A program made the position numbers and the translations under genes. From Blepharisma stoltei ATCC 30299 (Eukaryota > Protista > Ciliophora), in NCBI GenBank assembly GCA_965603825.1, contig CBFDEM010000013.1, positions 124,001 through 188,000 on the forward strand: a stretch of DNA of 64,000 nucleotides, written 5' to 3'. The notes under the pieces are model-generated. The model searched no databases. It had not been told where the DNA came from and saw nothing but the letters and a program-made list of their open reading frames with translations. Below are positions 61,251 to 64,000 of this stretch, piece by piece (the first letter of the stretch is position 1; each line of letters opens with the position of its first letter).

Positions 61251-62948
61251 TTAATAGCTGTTATGTTTCAGACGCAAATTTTCTTCTTTGAGGTCGCTGA
61301 GTTCTTGTAGCAGTTTGGAATTGGCGGAGGAGTATTCTTCCAGAAGGGATCTCATGTCGTTCTACTAAATGGAGGTTACTTGTTGGATCATGAACTGACG
61401 GATTAGCTCAATGTGCAGGTTGTGGATGTCGTCTCGGAGGCCTGTAATGGCTTTTTCTTGGCTTTCAAGCTTGTTCTCGATAGTTTCTAGGCGGGATGTG
61501 TCGAGAGGTTTGTCGTTTAGGATGCTCTCGACCTTTTTGCGGGCTTCAGAAACGACAGACTCAGGAGGCTTCTTTGCTTCTTCTTGTGGGATTTCTTGGA
61601 GCTTGGCTGGGATTTTGTCAGGCTGAGGAACTTTGGGCGGGATTTCGACAACTGGTTTTGGAACTTCAGGAGTAGGAGGAGGCTTAGGAGTCAAAGGCTT
61701 TTCAGTCGGCTTAAAAGTCTCAGGAATTTTCAAGGCAGGCTCAGATACAGTTGTAAGATTTTCTTGAGGTTGAGGCACAACTGGAGGTTTCACACCTGGA
61801 AAGGGAGACACAGAACGGTTATTTATTTCAGGGTTAGTCCCTTCTCTTTGTTCACGTCTCTTCATTTCTACTCTTAACTTTGCTTCTTGCTTAATTTCTT
61901 CTATTGTCCTAAACCTTCCCCCAGGATATGGGCTTTCATCCCCAGACTTTAGCGATGTCGCTGATGATGGCTCTTTCGCCTGAGTATTATAGCTTGCTGA
62001 CCTGGATGGAGCTGGTCTTTCTCTGCCTCTTACCTTAGAAAACTCAATTCAATTAACACTGCTTCCTTCATGTCCTCTTAGATTGGATTTTGCAGCATTT
62101 GTAGACCTCAGATCATAAATTTGGACTCCACCATACAAAGTTCCAATTGCTATTGTGTGGCCTTCACCATTAAAAGCGAGAGAAGTGATGGGAGCTTCAA
62201 GTTCCATGGTTTTTACTACTCTGCGCTCTTGTATATCGTAGAAGTGCACTTTATGATCAAGCCCTGCTGTACACATTAGCATGTGATTGACTGATGAAAA
62301 GGCTAAACCAGTGACTGGAGAGTTGTGGAAATTTGGAAAACTTGCTGTGACCGTCCTACTGTTGGCATCCCAAATGTAAACAGAGCCATTATCAGTTGCA
62401 GCACCAAGGAGTTGCTTTTTAAGCTGTGAGAACTGCAGTAGCTTTATTCCTCCTGAGCCTTTTTGTTTCAAATTAGCAACAGAGACTTGTGTAAGCATAG
62501 AATGCAATGCAATTTCTCCACTTAAAGATCCGCTTGCTACCTGTGTATCAGTCGCATTCCACGATACACACGATACAGAATCAGAGTGCTGCCTAACATT
62601 CATAGAGACTTCTTTTTTATGTAGATCCCACACTTTTACAGTGCCATTGGCATAGCCGCTTGCAAGTAAATCACTTTTCGACGTGAATGCAATTGAATTC
62701 ACAGGAGAAGGCTGCTCTTCTTTTACTTCGAAAACTCCAACTCTCTCTCCAGTCTCTGCTAATGATAGAAAAATGCTTGAATCATCTCCAGATGATGCGA
62801 GAATTCGATTATTGTGATTTCACGTGACACAATTGATCTTCCCTGAGTGGTTTTGGATTCGGAGAAGAAGGTTAGAGCTGTCAAAATCGTGGGTCAGAAT
62901 CACCTAGATGGAAAATACGGTGCTACATGAAGCTATTGAAGTTGACAT
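61251..62948 (-). CDS. NEDD1: NEDD1/GCP-WD gamma-tubulin complex adaptor (554 aa)
   Basis: N-terminal WD40 repeats, Pro-rich linker, C-terminal DIHNLHIELIRQF..NDMRSLLEEY..LKEENLRL; introns 62904-62918 and 61362-61379. Confidence 0.9.
61362..61379 (-). other. 18-nt intron with tandem TAGTAG acceptor
   Basis: GTAACCTCCATTTAGTAG; only the distal AG restores the conserved C-terminus. Confidence 0.7.
62904..62918 (-). other. 15-nt intron
   Basis: GTATTTTCCATCTAG, phase 0. Confidence 0.85.
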
Positions 62949-62976
62949 TATTATTATTTTATAGAGAATTGAACAG

Positions 62977-63100
62977 CTTTGGCGGATGAAAACTTTTGCT
63001 CCCTAACGGAGCACAGTCATTCGTTTGATCAAAGATAAAAAATTATATATCAGTTCACGAATCTCATAATGAGGGATCAATGAAAGAAGCTGCTACAATT
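62977..63100 (+). ncRNA. Candidate H/ACA snoRNA-like structured RNA
   Basis: Hairpin (TGCTCC/GGAGCA, CGGATGA/TCATTCG, CTTTG/CAAAG), ATAAAA H-box at 63035-63040, second hairpin, ACA at 63095-63097. Confidence 0.35.
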
Positions 63101-63502
63101 TTATAGCTCACATAGCTGACAGCAATAATCCCTAAATTCAATGCTTTAGATTATTCAGGGCTAAATGGCAATATAGAGTGATTTTAAAAGAGAAAATTCA
63201 TGTTTTGATATAGATACCCAAATAGCAAGAGCAGGTTTCGGGATCCATATATCGTTATCATTGACAGAAACATTTTTAATGCAACTAAACAGAGGCATAT
63301 CAATCCAATTTCTGGATTGTTTCCTGCTAAAGCTAAAAAATAAAGTTTGCTGCAATATAAATGATAAATCCTAAAATATATTTGTTTTTATATAGAATAC
63401 TGCAATTTTTGACTGAAAACTCATTTATAAGGAACTAAACGCTGGCAGATTATTATGTAGCGTATTGGACAGGATTAAATAAAGAGTAATTAAGCGATTA
63501 CA

Positions 63503-63916
63503 TTATGATCTTTCTCCTCTGATTCTTCTAGCTAGCTGCATATCTCTTGGCATAATTGTAACTCTTTTGCCGTGGATTGCACAAAGGTTAGTGTCTTCGA
63601 AGAGTCCTACAAGGTAAGCTTCTGCAGCTTCTTGGAGGGCCAGAACAGCTGAGCTCTGGAATCTGAGGTCAGTTTTATATTCTTGGGCGATTTCTCTTAC
63701 GAGTCTTTGGAAAGGAAGTTTCCTTACAAGGAGCTCAGTGCTCTTTTGATATTTCCTAATTTCTCTGAGAGCCACAGTTCCTGGTCTGAACCTGTGTGGC
63801 TTCTTGACGCCTGAGGTGGTGGCTGATACTTTCTTTGCAGCCTTGGTTGCTAGGTGTTTCTTAGGTGTTTTTCCTGCTGACGTGGTCTTTCTTGCGGTTT
63901 GTTTAGTTCTTGCCAT
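63503..63916 (-). CDS. Histone H3 (variant N-terminal tail)
   Basis: [43 protein letters not shown]. Confidence 0.98.
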   Translation of the reverse strand: MARTKQTARKTTSAGKTPKKHLATKAAKKVSATTSGVKKPHRFRPGTVALREIRKYQKSTELLVRKLPFQRLVREIAQEYKTDLRFQSSAVLALQEAAEAYLVGLFEDTNLCAIHGKRVTIMPRDMQLARRIRGERS

Positions 63917-64000
63917 TTAATACAACCTTTTATCCTCCAATGGCATTATATATACAAAATTTATCTCAATTTTCTACAATCTGCCTTCTGATAGGCCAAA

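Noticed and set aside
176-62948. Many apparent nonsense-disrupted pseudogenes
   Set aside because: Breaks are all TGA at Trp-compatible sites or lie within 15-18 nt GT-AG introns.
62985-63030. SECIS-like ATGA..AA..TGAT hairpin, raising UGA=selenocysteine
   Set aside because: Not in the 3' UTR of any plus-strand gene, helix spacing is off, and the window's TGAs align to Trp rather than Cys.
58864-63916. Functional cluster of RNA-silencing and chromatin genes (GTSF1-like, DDX6, H3)
   Set aside because: Interspersed with unrelated genes; adjacency in a gene-dense genome is not evidence of a system.

Overview
AT-rich, extremely gene-dense eukaryotic DNA, most consistent with the macronuclear genome of a heterotrich ciliate of the Blepharisma type. 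In-frame TGA repeatedly falls on invariant Trp positions (Arf W-D-x-G-G, DTW-domain DSTW, Tul1 RING-H2, an internal protein repeat), so UGA=Trp, while TAA/TAG are stops. Genes carry tiny GTA...AG introns (nine of 15 nt, one of 17 nt, one of 18 nt). The supplied standard-code ORF track therefore fragments many genes. Re-reading it gives about 40 genes, including RAD5, a duplicated C2H2 zinc-finger pair, WBP2, Tul1-like E3, seipin, TMEM135, CFAP410, ABCA, TBCC, ADP/ATP carrier, Arf, kinesin-8, ERGIC3-like, DTWD1, organellar TrpRS, CSN3, an STPG-repeat protein, DDX6, NEDD1 and a histone H3 variant. Most notable: a BRCT-Myb-RCT protein resembling telomeric Rap1, an ARID plus catalytically dead KDM6-type JmjC protein (JARID2-like logic), a GTSF1-like CHHC protein with an extra PYM-like tail, one gene that appears to end on UGA despite UGA=Trp, and a TAGTAG acceptor controlling the NEDD1 C-terminus. 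All family assignments are by eye from remembered motifs; no database search was run.
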